IMG/VR virus record: IMGVR_UViG_3300037067_027672
Location: 1 to 42,545 of that record
Source of the DNA: a virus
Direction: 5' to 3' (one strand)
DNA length: 42,545 bases
Of this stretch, positions 32,072-41,213 are shown one piece after another (within the stretch, counting starts at the first letter, position 1; each line of letters opens with the position of its first letter). The notes under the pieces are model-generated. The model was not told where the DNA came from and made no database searches. It was given only the letters and a program-made list of their open reading frames with translations. Made by a program: the position numbers and the translations under genes.

Positions 32072-33442
32072 TTAGCTATCCTGCGCGTCAGCCACTATCT
32101 TATAATCTTCCTCTGCCTCCAGTGCTTCGCCTTTGGCGCGTCGGGCCGCCTGTCTCTTTCCGATCTCGACCTTCATATCAAAGCTCTTGTCATTCATCTG
32201 CTCTAGGGGCTTTCCCATGTACTTCTCCATCTTGCGGACATAATCAGCCAGCCCTGGGAAACGCTCCTGGATGAACAAAGCCTGCTCTCCTTTCATGCCA
32301 GGGCACATCCAGCAGGCGGTTCTCTTAGCGCCCATCTCATAGCCCCACCAGAATGGTACACCGGCATGCTTCAGGATCTTCTCGGATGCTTCCCTTGAGA
32401 CGTCATAGCGAGGATGATAATATGCGTACTCATGCATCCTTTTCTCGGTGCTCTTGGAGGTCTTGGTTTTCTTGGATAGCCTGGTGACCTGATCACCAGA
32501 GCTGCCATCCATGACTACGGTCTCATGCGCTTCCAGGTTGGCTAGAATCCAGTCATTGATAGGACCATAAACGAAATCGCTCTGGCACCACGGGAATATG
32601 GTGCTAGGCCATCCCCCTCTCTTAACCATCTCAATGAACATATCGCTCTTGGGCTTGACCAGGACGAACTCAACCTCCAGGTGCATGCAGACCTGATAAG
32701 CATGCAAAGCCGCACCTGGCAGCTCTACGCCAGGGTCTGAGAAGATCCCTATCACCCTGCGATCACCGAAGTTCAGTTTGGCCCAAAACAATGAAAAGGT
32801 GCTATCTATGCCGCCCGAGAAGATGACCACCACATTCTTCTTACCTTCGAATAGGTGGGCATCTTCTGCAGGCACCTCAAGGGCCTTCTTCTCGTCCTCT
32901 ATGAAATCGATCTTGGGACGGCTATTGGTCTCCCCAGGTCTGAATTTATCATCATGCTTCTTAATGTCCTTAAGGAGCTGGTCCATTTGGACGCCTGCAT
33001 AGCCGGTAAGGTCCAGGTCAATATCGCCCCTGATCTCATCCAGTATCTCCTTGATGAGCTTGTTATCTGGTGTAGCCAGCTCTGCTATCTTGTTATCTGC
33101 TATGATATCGGCCCATTCTGCCGCAGGATTGGCATAGTCCTGGTAATCGACTGGTATTTGCTTAACTCCCAGCTTCTGAGCAGCCAGGAGGCGGCCATGG
33201 CCCTTGGTGATGAATCCCGAGAGCTTGCTGATAACTATGGGATTCCTCCAGCCCTGGGCTTTGATTATCCTAGCCAGCAGCTCTATTTGGGAATCAGGGT
33301 GCTGATTAGGGTTCCTGGGATTGGGGATAGCCTCTATTATATCTATAATTTTATCATGGGCACAATATACAGGGATACCACTAGCTAAGGCTCTGCCTGG
33401 ATTAATCAGCTCAGAAGATGGTAATGTCAAAATAATACTCAC
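32072..33442 (-). CDS. ParB-like N-terminal domain fused to a PAPS-reductase/DndC-like PP-loop domain
   Basis: PNPRNPNQH...GWRNPIVI...KGHGRLLAA...IADNK (ParBc); FSGGIDS, SDPGVELP, WPSTIFPWC and KRTACWMCP (PAPS reductase family). Confidence 0.85.
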   Translation of the reverse strand: MSIILTLPSSELINPGRALASGIPVYCAHDKIIDIIEAIPNPRNPNQHPDSQIELLARIIKAQGWRNPIVISKLSGFITKGHGRLLAAQKLGVKQIPVDYQDYANPAAEWADIIADNKIAELATPDNKLIKEILDEIRGDIDLDLTGYAGVQMDQLLKDIKKHDDKFRPGETNSRPKIDFIEDEKKALEVPAEDAHLFEGKKNVVVIFSGGIDSTFSLFWAKLNFGDRRVIGIFSDPGVELPGAALHAYQVCMHLEVEFVLVKPKSDMFIEMVKRGGWPSTIFPWCQSDFVYGPINDWILANLEAHETVVMDGSSGDQVTRLSKKTKTSKSTEKRMHEYAYYHPRYDVSREASEKILKHAGVPFWWGYEMGAKRTACWMCPGMKGEQALFIQERFPGLADYVRKMEKYMGKPLEQMNDKSFDMKVEIGKRQAARRAKGEALEAEEDYKIVADAQDS

Positions 33443-33573
33443 CTTTTTAAGGATTAAGATTTAAAAATTGAGCTTTCTAATACTGTGATGCACGGGCAAC
33501 ATCACAAGCTGCTGACGAAACATATCACTATTAAGATCCGACGACACAAAGCAGTTTAGGAAAACCTTTTTAA

Positions 33574-33885
33574 GTGGGATATGACATATTTCAACTGAAT
33601 CTAATGAGTCTAATAGATTTCCTTCGTGAAATAATAGATAACGAAAAGGATTTCATAACCATCATATTAGCTCATACTTTTGAATGCATAGTTACTTTGC
33701 TAGTACTTCGTGTTATCATCTTCGCGGTCGATATTTTGTTTACCGAGGAAAACATATTAGTATATTGCGCTGAAACGGGAGCGCACATTGGTGTATTGGC
33801 CATTTTTTTAATCCAAACAATCGTTGATATTATAAAGATATGGAAAAAAAGGATGTATGGATCTAGAGAGGACAATGCGCTATGA
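33574..33885 (+). CDS. Two-TM membrane protein (AT-rich moron)
   Basis: Two hydrophobic helices; resembles 5477-5755. Confidence 0.6.
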   Translation: MGYDIFQLNLMSLIDFLREIIDNEKDFITIILAHTFECIVTLLVLRVIIFAVDILFTEENILVYCAETGAHIGVLAIFLIQTIVDIIKIWKKRMYGSREDNAL

Positions 33886-34388
33886 GTATGCATGATTCTA
33901 TTGTGAAATCGACCTTAAATATTATTAGGAACATTGTTCTATTACTCATACTTGCGTTTGTGCTCTACATGCTTGGCCCAGACCGACTTGATTATATTGA
34001 GAATATATTAATAAATATGGGCTCGATGGTATTTATACTCACAATATTTATATTGGTTGCTGCCATTCTAGTCCTACGATATATTGATTGGGAATCCATT
34101 CAATATTTGAAAATGTCAGTAAATTGGGTTGCAATAGCGCTTATAATATTCACTTGTTTGATATTTTTTGTTAGTTTCTCTTTTATTTATAATAATCATA
34201 CTAATCAAGTAGCAAGTAATAATGACTTTAATCCCCTTGTTATTTTAAATAATTATACACACGACGAGGATGAGCATTTTAGTCTCGGTAGGTCAAGTTA
34301 TTGTAAAATAAATGTAACCGATATTAATTGTAGAATAAATGTAACCAATAATAGGTCCATTTCTAATGGAACAAAAATCCCAGATTAA
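33882..34388 (+). CDS. Three-TM membrane protein with an Asn-rich C-terminus
   Basis: Three hydrophobic helices; ATGA overlap with the upstream gene. Confidence 0.6.
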   Translation: MSMHDSIVKSTLNIIRNIVLLLILAFVLYMLGPDRLDYIENILINMGSMVFILTIFILVAAILVLRYIDWESIQYLKMSVNWVAIALIIFTCLIFFVSFSFIYNNHTNQVASNNDFNPLVILNNYTHDEDEHFSLGRSSYCKINVTDINCRINVTNNRSISNGTKIPD

Positions 34389-34703
34389 GCCGGTCTGCTC
34401 CGTTTACATGCCTTAACGAATTCCTTAGGCATGTTGGTTCTATCGGGCGGTCCTTCTCCCTCTGCCACTCGCTTCTGTCTAGGAACACCGTTATTCCAGA
34501 TAGTGCACCTATACGCCTGGTATCCCCAAGGGTCTAATTGAGGAGGATTCCGATTAGCTTGAAGTCGATGGTCCCTATAACGAATTTTGTTAGAGTTTTA
34601 ACGCTTTCGCTAGGACTCGGTAAAGGGCGAGCAGGCCCGGCCAGAATGGGCGGTTCTGTATCCGCCCTCCTCTCCGGTGGATACCCTTTGAATAGCATGC
34701 TCC

Positions 34704-35057
34704 TTAACCAAAGATTTCATTCGCCCACTTACGATAACGATCAATCTTCAAGGATCTTGGTATCGGTCGCATTTTTCTACGTGGCGTTTCCTTGATACTT
34801 AGCCCGCACTTTGGACATACCCGAGAATGCCCTGTAAGCCTCTTGCACATAGGACAGATCCAATCAATAACTATAGGTCTGCTATGCGATTGAGCTTTTA
34901 GAAGAACGGGCACCCAACCCCCTCTGGTTGGCGTGCCCGGATAGGTCGATACCCCTGGCATCTGGTCTGCGAGTTCATCCTTTTCGGATGCTTGCTCAGA
35001 CGCCAGGACAAACCTCGTCGGACTAAGCTTTGCGAGACTTTTATCCAACCCGGCCAT
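34704..35057 (-). CDS. Zinc-ribbon protein
   Basis: CPMC...CPKC with a basic C-terminus. Confidence 0.6.
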   Translation of the reverse strand: MAGLDKSLAKLSPTRFVLASEQASEKDELADQMPGVSTYPGTPTRGGWVPVLLKAQSHSRPIVIDWICPMCKRLTGHSRVCPKCGLSIKETPRRKMRPIPRSLKIDRYRKWANEIFG

Positions 35058-35115
35058 CCTTCATACCCACAATTATATTATACTATTAAACACCTTTTGG
35101 TCTGTATTTGATCCA

Positions 35116-35334
35116 TTATATTTGACGGATATAGGCCACCCGGAGACGACTGCCTTTTTTGCCTGTCTCATCTATGTTTATCTTCTTGATAATCTTCAGC
35201 TCCAAAAGGTCATCAAGAACCCGTCTCAGATTAGAGCCGTATCGACCTGTTCTATATTCCAGTTCAGGCACTGTAATGGTTCTACCCACTGGCATGTACT
35301 TCAGCGTATCCATCAACAATTTTGTGCTCGCCAT
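35116..35334 (-). CDS. Winged-helix DNA-binding protein
   Basis: ITVPELEYRTG...NLRRVLDDLLELKIIKK...AYIR wHTH pattern. Confidence 0.7.
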   Translation of the reverse strand: MASTKLLMDTLKYMPVGRTITVPELEYRTGRYGSNLRRVLDDLLELKIIKKINIDETGKKGSRLRVAYIRQI

Positions 35335-35552
35335 GCTCCTCGCCTCTTATGCCATTTCCCGATATCTGTTAACCTCCAAATCCAATATCGCTTTTTAATG
35401 CCGCCCCGACCCACCGGAGCAATACAACCCTTTTCCATCAGATACCGGAGAGTAGCTCCTGGAACAGGAGTTTCCAGTTCTGATGCCAGAAAGGGCTTTT
35501 CCGGGAGCAATTTCAACACTTCCAAGGCGGTATATCTCAATCTGCCGCGCAT
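35313..35552 (-). CDS. Winged-helix-like protein
   Basis: FLASEL...GATLRYLMEKGCI...WIWRLT pattern. Confidence 0.55.
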   Translation of the reverse strand: MRGRLRYTALEVLKLLPEKPFLASELETPVPGATLRYLMEKGCIAPVGRGGIKKRYWIWRLTDIGKWHKRRGAWRAQNC

Positions 35553-35887
35553 ATTACCAAAAGATCCATAAAATCTTCCAGTGGTAGCGATACATAGACG
35601 TCTTCCCTATTGCGTGTGAATACTACCAGCGGGGTCAAGCAAGTATTGTCACCATGCTTCTTGGCTTGCTTGATCGCTTCCCATATGTTCAAACGTTCTT
35701 GATTCTTGCACTCCACCGCAAAGGGAAATATCAGTCTAGCTCGATTAGAGAGCTGGATATCCGCTCCCTCGCTACTCATTGGAACTGGTCGTACATCCTC
35801 CTCAGGAAGACTGAACTTCTCCCTGATCATAGCGGCCACCATGTTCTGAAGGCGGCGGCCTTTAGCTTTACATGATGCCGTTTTCAC
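35537..35887 (-). CDS. PD-(D/E)xK Holliday junction resolvase
   Basis: KAKGRRLQ...GADIQL...FAVECKNQERLNIW...VVFTRNR. Confidence 0.85.
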   Translation of the reverse strand: MKTASCKAKGRRLQNMVAAMIREKFSLPEEDVRPVPMSSEGADIQLSNRARLIFPFAVECKNQERLNIWEAIKQAKKHGDNTCLTPLVVFTRNREDVYVSLPLEDFMDLLVICAAD

Positions 35888-36089
35888 GCCTCCACGTCCT
35901 GATTATCCTTGCTGCTGTATCCCTGCATATCCCGAATTCTTTAGCTATTTCCGAATAAAAATGTCCTGCGTCGGCCATAGCAACCAGCTTTGGATAGTCC
36001 TCTCTGCTCACCTTAACACGCGGTTCACCCTTCTTATGACCAGGAATCCTGACTTTGCATTTCCTGCCACTTCGAACGTTCCGCACCAT
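35868..36089 (-). CDS. HTH DNA-binding protein
   Basis: YSEIAKEFGICRDTAARII helix-turn-helix. Confidence 0.75.
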   Translation of the reverse strand: MVRNVRSGRKCKVRIPGHKKGEPRVKVSREDYPKLVAMADAGHFYSEIAKEFGICRDTAARIIRTWRRENGIM

Positions 36090-36146
36090 TCCCTTGTTTA
36101 GACCTCCTTATTTTGGGATTAGGTAGCTCAGAGAAGGTGAGGGGCC

Positions 36147-36638
36147 TTACAGAGCCCCCACCCTCTGAGATTCCAGCCAGTTCTGCCCCTCTGGCAGCAC
36201 CGAAGCCGGAGAAGGTGCTTGCGCAGGTGCAGCCTGTGGTGGGCTGGTCATCATCAAGAACCAAGCCCGGTTCTTGTTATCCGTCCCCGAGGTCTTGACC
36301 AGGAGATGAGCACCCCGGAAGGTTTGCAGGCGATTCTGCTTGGCTATAGCGACCAGCTGTTGCATAATCGATCTGTGACCAAACTCCCAAATCAGCTCAT
36401 CCTTAGTTCCTTCCACCATCACCTTCATCCTGAATATGGTTCTAGGCGGTCTCTTCTTGCCGTCTGGCGTGGTGATCATCCCATCCGCACCAGGTCTATC
36501 GAAGTTGCTGATGCCTTTCTCCGGATCGGTTAGAATCACGATCCGCTTCTCGTCAGTCGGTTCCATCTTGAAGAAGGCCCCGCCTTTCTTGCTTTCGGCT
36601 TCCATCTCTTCCAGCATTGACACAAATGCATCTGCCAT
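36147..36638 (-). CDS. Putative ssDNA-binding/annealing (OB-like) protein
   Basis: GGAFFKMEP...KRIVIL beta pattern with a low-complexity P/A tail; next to the replicase and resolvase. Confidence 0.45.
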   Translation of the reverse strand: MADAFVSMLEEMEAESKKGGAFFKMEPTDEKRIVILTDPEKGISNFDRPGADGMITTPDGKKRPPRTIFRMKVMVEGTKDELIWEFGHRSIMQQLVAIAKQNRLQTFRGAHLLVKTSGTDNKNRAWFLMMTSPPQAAPAQAPSPASVLPEGQNWLESQRVGAL

Positions 36639-36699
36639 TTCTCTTTCACTTCCTTAATCCTCCAGTCGGGCCGGAGGATACTTTTTCGTTCACCTCCAT

Positions 36700-39600
36700 C
36701 TAAGCCAATCCATAAGCCCGGAGAACCTTCTCAGGTGCCCACCAGATCTTCAAGCCGCTGGCTTCCGCCTCGCTGCTTTCCCATCCAGTCGCTCTCAGAA
36801 GCTCTTCTGCTCTCCGGGCGTCCAGCCCTGCGCTGATAACGTCATCAAGAATTATGCCTGTCCTATTGCTCTCTTTGTCCTTCCTCGGGCACTTCTTCAG
36901 AGCATAACCTACGTTTTCCCATATTTTCATTTTAATAGATTGCGATAAATCGCTACCTTTAGCCTCATCGTTATCTTCTGTAGGCTCGATTGATATCGAT
37001 TTTTCTTCCGTTGGGACTAATGAGACCGAAGCGGGACAGGTAGTGGTACTATTATAATCAGTATCTATAGATGTATTATTACTATATTCTATTCTATTAG
37101 ACCCACTGTCCCACACATTTCTATCATATGTTTTTTCCTCGTTTCCTCCCCCCACCCCCCTATAAGTTTTGCTTTTCTCTGAAAATGTGGGTTTTTTGGG
37201 ACTGCCGCCTAATGATATCGATTTTGGTTCCCATGGGGAGGGCTCCGTCCCACGAGATTTGTGGGACGCTTCATCTACTTCAGGAAGATCATCATCCCAA
37301 TCCGGTTTCAGCCACCAACCGGAGACCTTGATACCATTAATCTTGGTGATGTTCAGCCTACGACGGTCTTTGATCTCTCTGAGATATCCCTCCTCCTTCA
37401 GAGCCTTGGTGATGCTGTTCTCAGAGGGAACCTGGGTGAACACACCCATCTGCTTCAGCAGCCCCAAAGTCTCTTCTGGCAGAAGAAATAGCCCGAGTTC
37501 GTTCTCCCTGCCTATAATCCGATCCGAGCTGTTTGGCAACCCCCCGATCATGAACAAATCGGGCCTAGAAGCCCGTAAATTCCGCACAGCGTTTAGAAAT
37601 CTAGCTAGCTCGGTCTCTGATGTCACCTCTAGCCCTTGGGCCTCTATTGCCTCATTAAGGGCATTTAGGAATTCATCATGAAATTCTTTAGCCTCTTCAC
37701 CAAAAGGCCCGTTCTCAATCAAGGTCCATATGCCTCTGAGCAAGCAGTAGATGTTAGCCAGCCTGCCTGGATTGACATAGCCTTTGGCAGCATAACTGGT
37801 TGCCATCTCCGATCTCTTCTGTTCAAAACCCTGCCTCAGATCATGGGTATTAGCTGCAAGGTATCTGAGCCAATGATAACCAATCACTGGCAGATATTTT
37901 ACCCTCGATTGGATACTCGTTAGATTGGCCATATCCTGGCTTTTTTCCCAGGTCAAATTGAGTATCCTGGCTGATGTGCTTGCCTCAGATACTTTGATCT
38001 CCCCTGTCACTATGGGGGTGACTAGGAACTCGTTTGTTGTCCGAAGGCCCCCTTCCCTTTTACCCCGGAGCTTTTCCCCTCCCTCCATGATGGCCTGGAT
38101 GATGGCTATATAGGCCAAAGCGTCCTTCGCATCCGTGGCTTTGACATTATCCAATATGCGCGGCAAAATCCCGGCGTTCAACAGAGCTTCCATAGCCCCA
38201 ACCTGGGTGCCTCCAAGCTTGCCATGCTTCAGAAGGGTCCGATCATCCAGGTATCCAAGGCCATATATGGCCGTGAACAATTGAGCGATAGTGGTTTTGT
38301 TGCTGCCAGTCTTGCCCCATAGGGCGATCCCGATCCGATCGTTCTTGAACCACCGGGCAAAGACCGGAGCCCCCAGGATGGTGGTAAGAAGCAATGACGA
38401 ATACCGGCGTAGCTTCAGCATATCTCTGAAAAGCTCTTTGGCCGCGCCAATATCACCATCACAAACCATGGCTGGTGTTTGTTGAGCCAGCCTGAATACC
38501 ACATCACCAGCCAGTCCAACACCCGGCACCAAGGGTATATTTTGCCGCCACCTGGGGATAGTCACTCGTTCTCTCAGGATGGTGTTGCGACTGAGACGTT
38601 GTGCTGTTTCAAAATCGAGTTTCCCTAGCCGGTTCCTAGCTCCAAAGTAATTGATCATCAGGGCTCGGAATTTCCGGGATTCGGACACAACATCAGCATC
38701 TGCAGTAAATTCGACTGGGCGGCCATCTTTAGCGCCTTTCCCTCTGAAAACAAACTCAGTACGTCTGTCTTCCTGAGTTTCCATGTATATGCCAATAGCG
38801 CAATCGGATACCCACTTAAGTTCTTTATTGCCTTTGGGGTCAGTGGTCACCGTTTGTACCGTGCCGTCTGGTGCAATACCTATGGCCCCCGGCTCATCGT
38901 CCGGCCTGAGCAATCTTATCTCAGGTTCCCGGATTACGTCCTCTGCATTAACTAGCTGCCTGCTCACTGCATATGCAATCGTCTTTTCGACAATTGTCTT
39001 ATCTTTGAGTTTGCCCGCTCCGGCCTCCTCCCAGGGCACCGCCCCGCACTCACAAGCCAGCCATAACCAGGCATCTCCACCGCTATTGATGCCGTTGTGC
39101 ATGTAGGCCCACAATCCGGCCTCTGGATCGACTACCAGGTTATGCCCGGTGGAACTCCCCAGGGTTGGATGAGGCCCGCGCAACTGATGTCCGCACTGTT
39201 CCCACCCCCGAGTATCAATGACATCCAAGATGTTCAAGGGAGGGAGCCTCTTACCAGCGGCCACTTTTGCCATTTCGACCGCCCATTCCGGTAAACCTGA
39301 ATCACCCGAAGGCCCGGCGCTGCACCTGCACAATCCGAGCATCTCAGAAAGAACTTCGGGCCGATATTCTGCGTCAGCCGAATAATCAGTTACCCGGCTT
39401 CCGGTCATAGCGAAATGCCGCGGCCCGTCCTCATAGATCTCTATGGTGTTGCACCTGGCAGCGTTCTTCTTAATCGCTTTGATGAAAGCCCATACATCAG
39501 GTGGTAATGTGATAGGCTCCATCCCCTCGCTTTCGGCGCTGTCCATGCCTTCTGGCAGTTTCCCGAGAATCCAAACATGGAAGCCAGTGCCTGATAAGGA

Positions 39601-39924
39601 TAATTCGGTATAGCTGTTAAGCTTCCGTAAGATCTCAGCAGCCCAAGGGCTTACCCATCCGGTCCTCGGATCACGGCAAGCATCCAGATCAATCCCTATC
39701 AGCTGCTTATCACCCCTCTCTGGATGCCTGGCTATGACAAATCCCAGCCCCGAGAACATCCCTGGGTTGGATTCTATACCCGCCTTAGCTTCTTCGAAGC
39801 TTATCCAGAAATCTGAATTCTGCCATCCGCCTGACCGCCCCTGCAGGTCACAAGGCTTCTTTTCTTTCCTGGCTACCCACTGTTTAGCGTCCCTAAGCAT
39901 AGCGGGCACGTCATCAAAGCTCAT
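36700..39924 (-). CDS. Primase-polymerase (AEP) fused to an SF3/DUF927-like helicase
   Basis: GLGFVI...IGIDLD...SYTELSLSGTGFHVW (prim-pol); LWGKTGSNKTT Walker A; ILDNVK Walker B; IVTGE. Confidence 0.9.
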   Translation of the reverse strand: MSFDDVPAMLRDAKQWVARKEKKPCDLQGRSGGWQNSDFWISFEEAKAGIESNPGMFSGLGFVIARHPERGDKQLIGIDLDACRDPRTGWVSPWAAEILRKLNSYTELSLSGTGFHVWILGKLPEGMDSAESEGMEPITLPPDVWAFIKAIKKNAARCNTIEIYEDGPRHFAMTGSRVTDYSADAEYRPEVLSEMLGLCRCSAGPSGDSGLPEWAVEMAKVAAGKRLPPLNILDVIDTRGWEQCGHQLRGPHPTLGSSTGHNLVVDPEAGLWAYMHNGINSGGDAWLWLACECGAVPWEEAGAGKLKDKTIVEKTIAYAVSRQLVNAEDVIREPEIRLLRPDDEPGAIGIAPDGTVQTVTTDPKGNKELKWVSDCAIGIYMETQEDRRTEFVFRGKGAKDGRPVEFTADADVVSESRKFRALMINYFGARNRLGKLDFETAQRLSRNTILRERVTIPRWRQNIPLVPGVGLAGDVVFRLAQQTPAMVCDGDIGAAKELFRDMLKLRRYSSLLLTTILGAPVFARWFKNDRIGIALWGKTGSNKTTIAQLFTAIYGLGYLDDRTLLKHGKLGGTQVGAMEALLNAGILPRILDNVKATDAKDALAYIAIIQAIMEGGEKLRGKREGGLRTTNEFLVTPIVTGEIKVSEASTSARILNLTWEKSQDMANLTSIQSRVKYLPVIGYHWLRYLAANTHDLRQGFEQKRSEMATSYAAKGYVNPGRLANIYCLLRGIWTLIENGPFGEEAKEFHDEFLNALNEAIEAQGLEVTSETELARFLNAVRNLRASRPDLFMIGGLPNSSDRIIGRENELGLFLLPEETLGLLKQMGVFTQVPSENSITKALKEEGYLREIKDRRRLNITKINGIKVSGWWLKPDWDDDLPEVDEASHKSRGTEPSPWEPKSISLGGSPKKPTFSEKSKTYRGVGGGNEEKTYDRNVWDSGSNRIEYSNNTSIDTDYNSTTTCPASVSLVPTEEKSISIEPTEDNDEAKGSDLSQSIKMKIWENVGYALKKCPRKDKESNRTGIILDDVISAGLDARRAEELLRATGWESSEAEASGLKIWWAPEKVLRAYGLA

Positions 39925-39936
39925 GCTGCCACCGTC

Positions 39937-40143
39937 TTAGTTCCGTTCCGACGTTCCCCCTATCTCCAGCAGGGCGGCTAGATACGAATCGAATAATCTC
40001 CACAGCTCCAGCGTCCGGAGAAAAGCGCGCCTCTCTTGGGCATCTTTCAGAACCAGCGGAAGGGCTTTGTGATCAGATTTGGGCGGCTGGATGAGGTTGG
40101 ACTTGTTTCGTCTGCGTCTAATCCCCATGGGCATCCACCTCAA
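39937..40143 (-). CDS. Hypothetical protein
   Basis: Probable start at 40128 (MGIRRRRNK) after a GAGGTG RBS. Confidence 0.5.
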   Translation of the reverse strand: MRWMPMGIRRRRNKSNLIQPPKSDHKALPLVLKDAQERRAFLRTLELWRLFDSYLAALLEIGGTSERN

Positions 40144-40246
40144 AATCCTTCAGTTGGCTTTGCCTCGGTTCAGCTTGGAGAACCCTGCCAGCTCGGTTGT
40201 AGATATGCTCAAGCCTCTCCTGAAAATGGCTATCATCGAGCCTCAT
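40118..40246 (-). CDS. Small hypothetical protein (42 aa, not in ORF track)
   Basis: MRLDDSHFQERLEHIYNRAG...GD*; TGATG overlap with the upstream gene. Confidence 0.45.
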   Translation of the reverse strand: MRLDDSHFQERLEHIYNRAGRVLQAEPRQSQLKDFEVDAHGD

Positions 40247-40542
40247 CAGCTCACCACCCTAGCTTCCCGAGCGCATTCCAGCCTGATGCTTCGGCTACCA
40301 TCGATCTTCTTATAGGGTTGGAGGTCAGCCCAGAACTGGATGCGATCCCCCCTTTTAACAGGTGGAAGCATGGCCGTGCATCGATAATTCAGCCAGGCAT
40401 GATGCTCGACACCGAATTTGGTTCTCACGTCCCTCAGAATGACATGGCCGTGCTGGTCTACACCATCAAACACGGCTTCCAGCTTCGCCGATTCGATTCC
40501 CTTCCTCAATAGGGTCTCAAAAACAGGTTTCATGGGGACCAC
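40246..40542 (-). CDS. Hypothetical beta-rich (OB-like) protein
   Basis: HVILRDV...HHAWL...GDRIQFWADLQPY; probable start at 40533. Confidence 0.55.
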   Translation of the reverse strand: MVPMKPVFETLLRKGIESAKLEAVFDGVDQHGHVILRDVRTKFGVEHHAWLNYRCTAMLPPVKRGDRIQFWADLQPYKKIDGSRSIRLECAREARVVS

Positions 40543-40670
40543 CCCAGAAAGTGAATTAACAGTATGCCCATTGTTATTAATGTAATGAGCAATATAAATA
40601 GGAATAAAATACCACCAGGCTTGATCATATCATAGATATCCCTAGCTTGAGCTAGCAGCCTCTCGCGCAT
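40530..40670 (-). CDS. Small single-TM membrane protein (46 aa, not in ORF track)
   Basis: MRERLLAQARDIYDMIKPGGILFLFILLITLITMGILLIHFLGWSP*; fills the gap and has an ATGA overlap. Confidence 0.55.
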   Translation of the reverse strand: MRERLLAQARDIYDMIKPGGILFLFILLITLITMGILLIHFLGWSP

Positions 40671-40673
40671 GGT

Positions 40674-40997
40674 TCAAGCCCCCAGTTTTCCTACTCCCCA
40701 GATTCCGTTTATATGCGATACGGCTACCCGATGGCCTTTCAGGCTCACCAGGGCGCTATAAAGAGACTCATCAACCAGGCATTCTTTGCCGCTCAGAGTA
40801 ATCCTGATCAACCCATCTGAATGGCGGGATATATTTTGAAGAATCCCCCATGCAGCGGCCCCGTCTGCCAAAATTTTATTTAACTCTAAGCCCGGCAAAA
40901 TGATAGAAAATTCGTTGGTCGATCCACTTATCGCAGCACCTGATTCTATAGGTGCAGTGCTAATATAATTCTGCCCACCTGCTTTTGACATTCCCAA
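40674..40997 (-). CDS. Hypothetical protein
   Basis: Probable start at 40991 (MSKAGG) after a GGAG RBS. Confidence 0.55.
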   Translation of the reverse strand: MGMSKAGGQNYISTAPIESGAAISGSTNEFSIILPGLELNKILADGAAAWGILQNISRHSDGLIRITLSGKECLVDESLYSALVSLKGHRVAVSHINGIWGVGKLGA

Positions 40998-41119
40998 CTC
41001 CTAGGAGTTGGCCTATGTCAATGCCGCTACCTACCGCAAGATTCAATACCGAATGGGAGATAGTGGCATTGACCGGCTGTGATTCGTTCGTTTGCGAGAC
41101 TTACCGAATCGCAGCCCGG
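40994..41119 (-). other. Three consecutive stem-loops in an intergenic leader
   Basis: Arms 41073-41086/41105-41119, arms 41019-41029/41061-41071, and a perfect 18-bp palindrome at 40994-41011. Confidence 0.7.
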
Positions 41120-41213
41120 CCATCCTTATTGTATTTCCTGATTTTTCGTCCTCCTCATTTAGAGTTCGCTTTGATATACCTTTCCATTCCACCCTGAAAG
41201 TGATGATTTTTAT

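Noticed and set aside
33484-33545. Hammerhead-like CTGACGA/GAAAC upstream of the ParB fusion
   Set aside because: The two motifs overlap, leaving no stem II; only a simple TGTGATG/CATCACA hairpin is present
36700-39924. Intein in the 1074-aa replicase
   Set aside because: No C/S...HN splice junctions or LAGLIDADG motifs; the length is explained by prim-pol, linker, helicase and C-terminal domains
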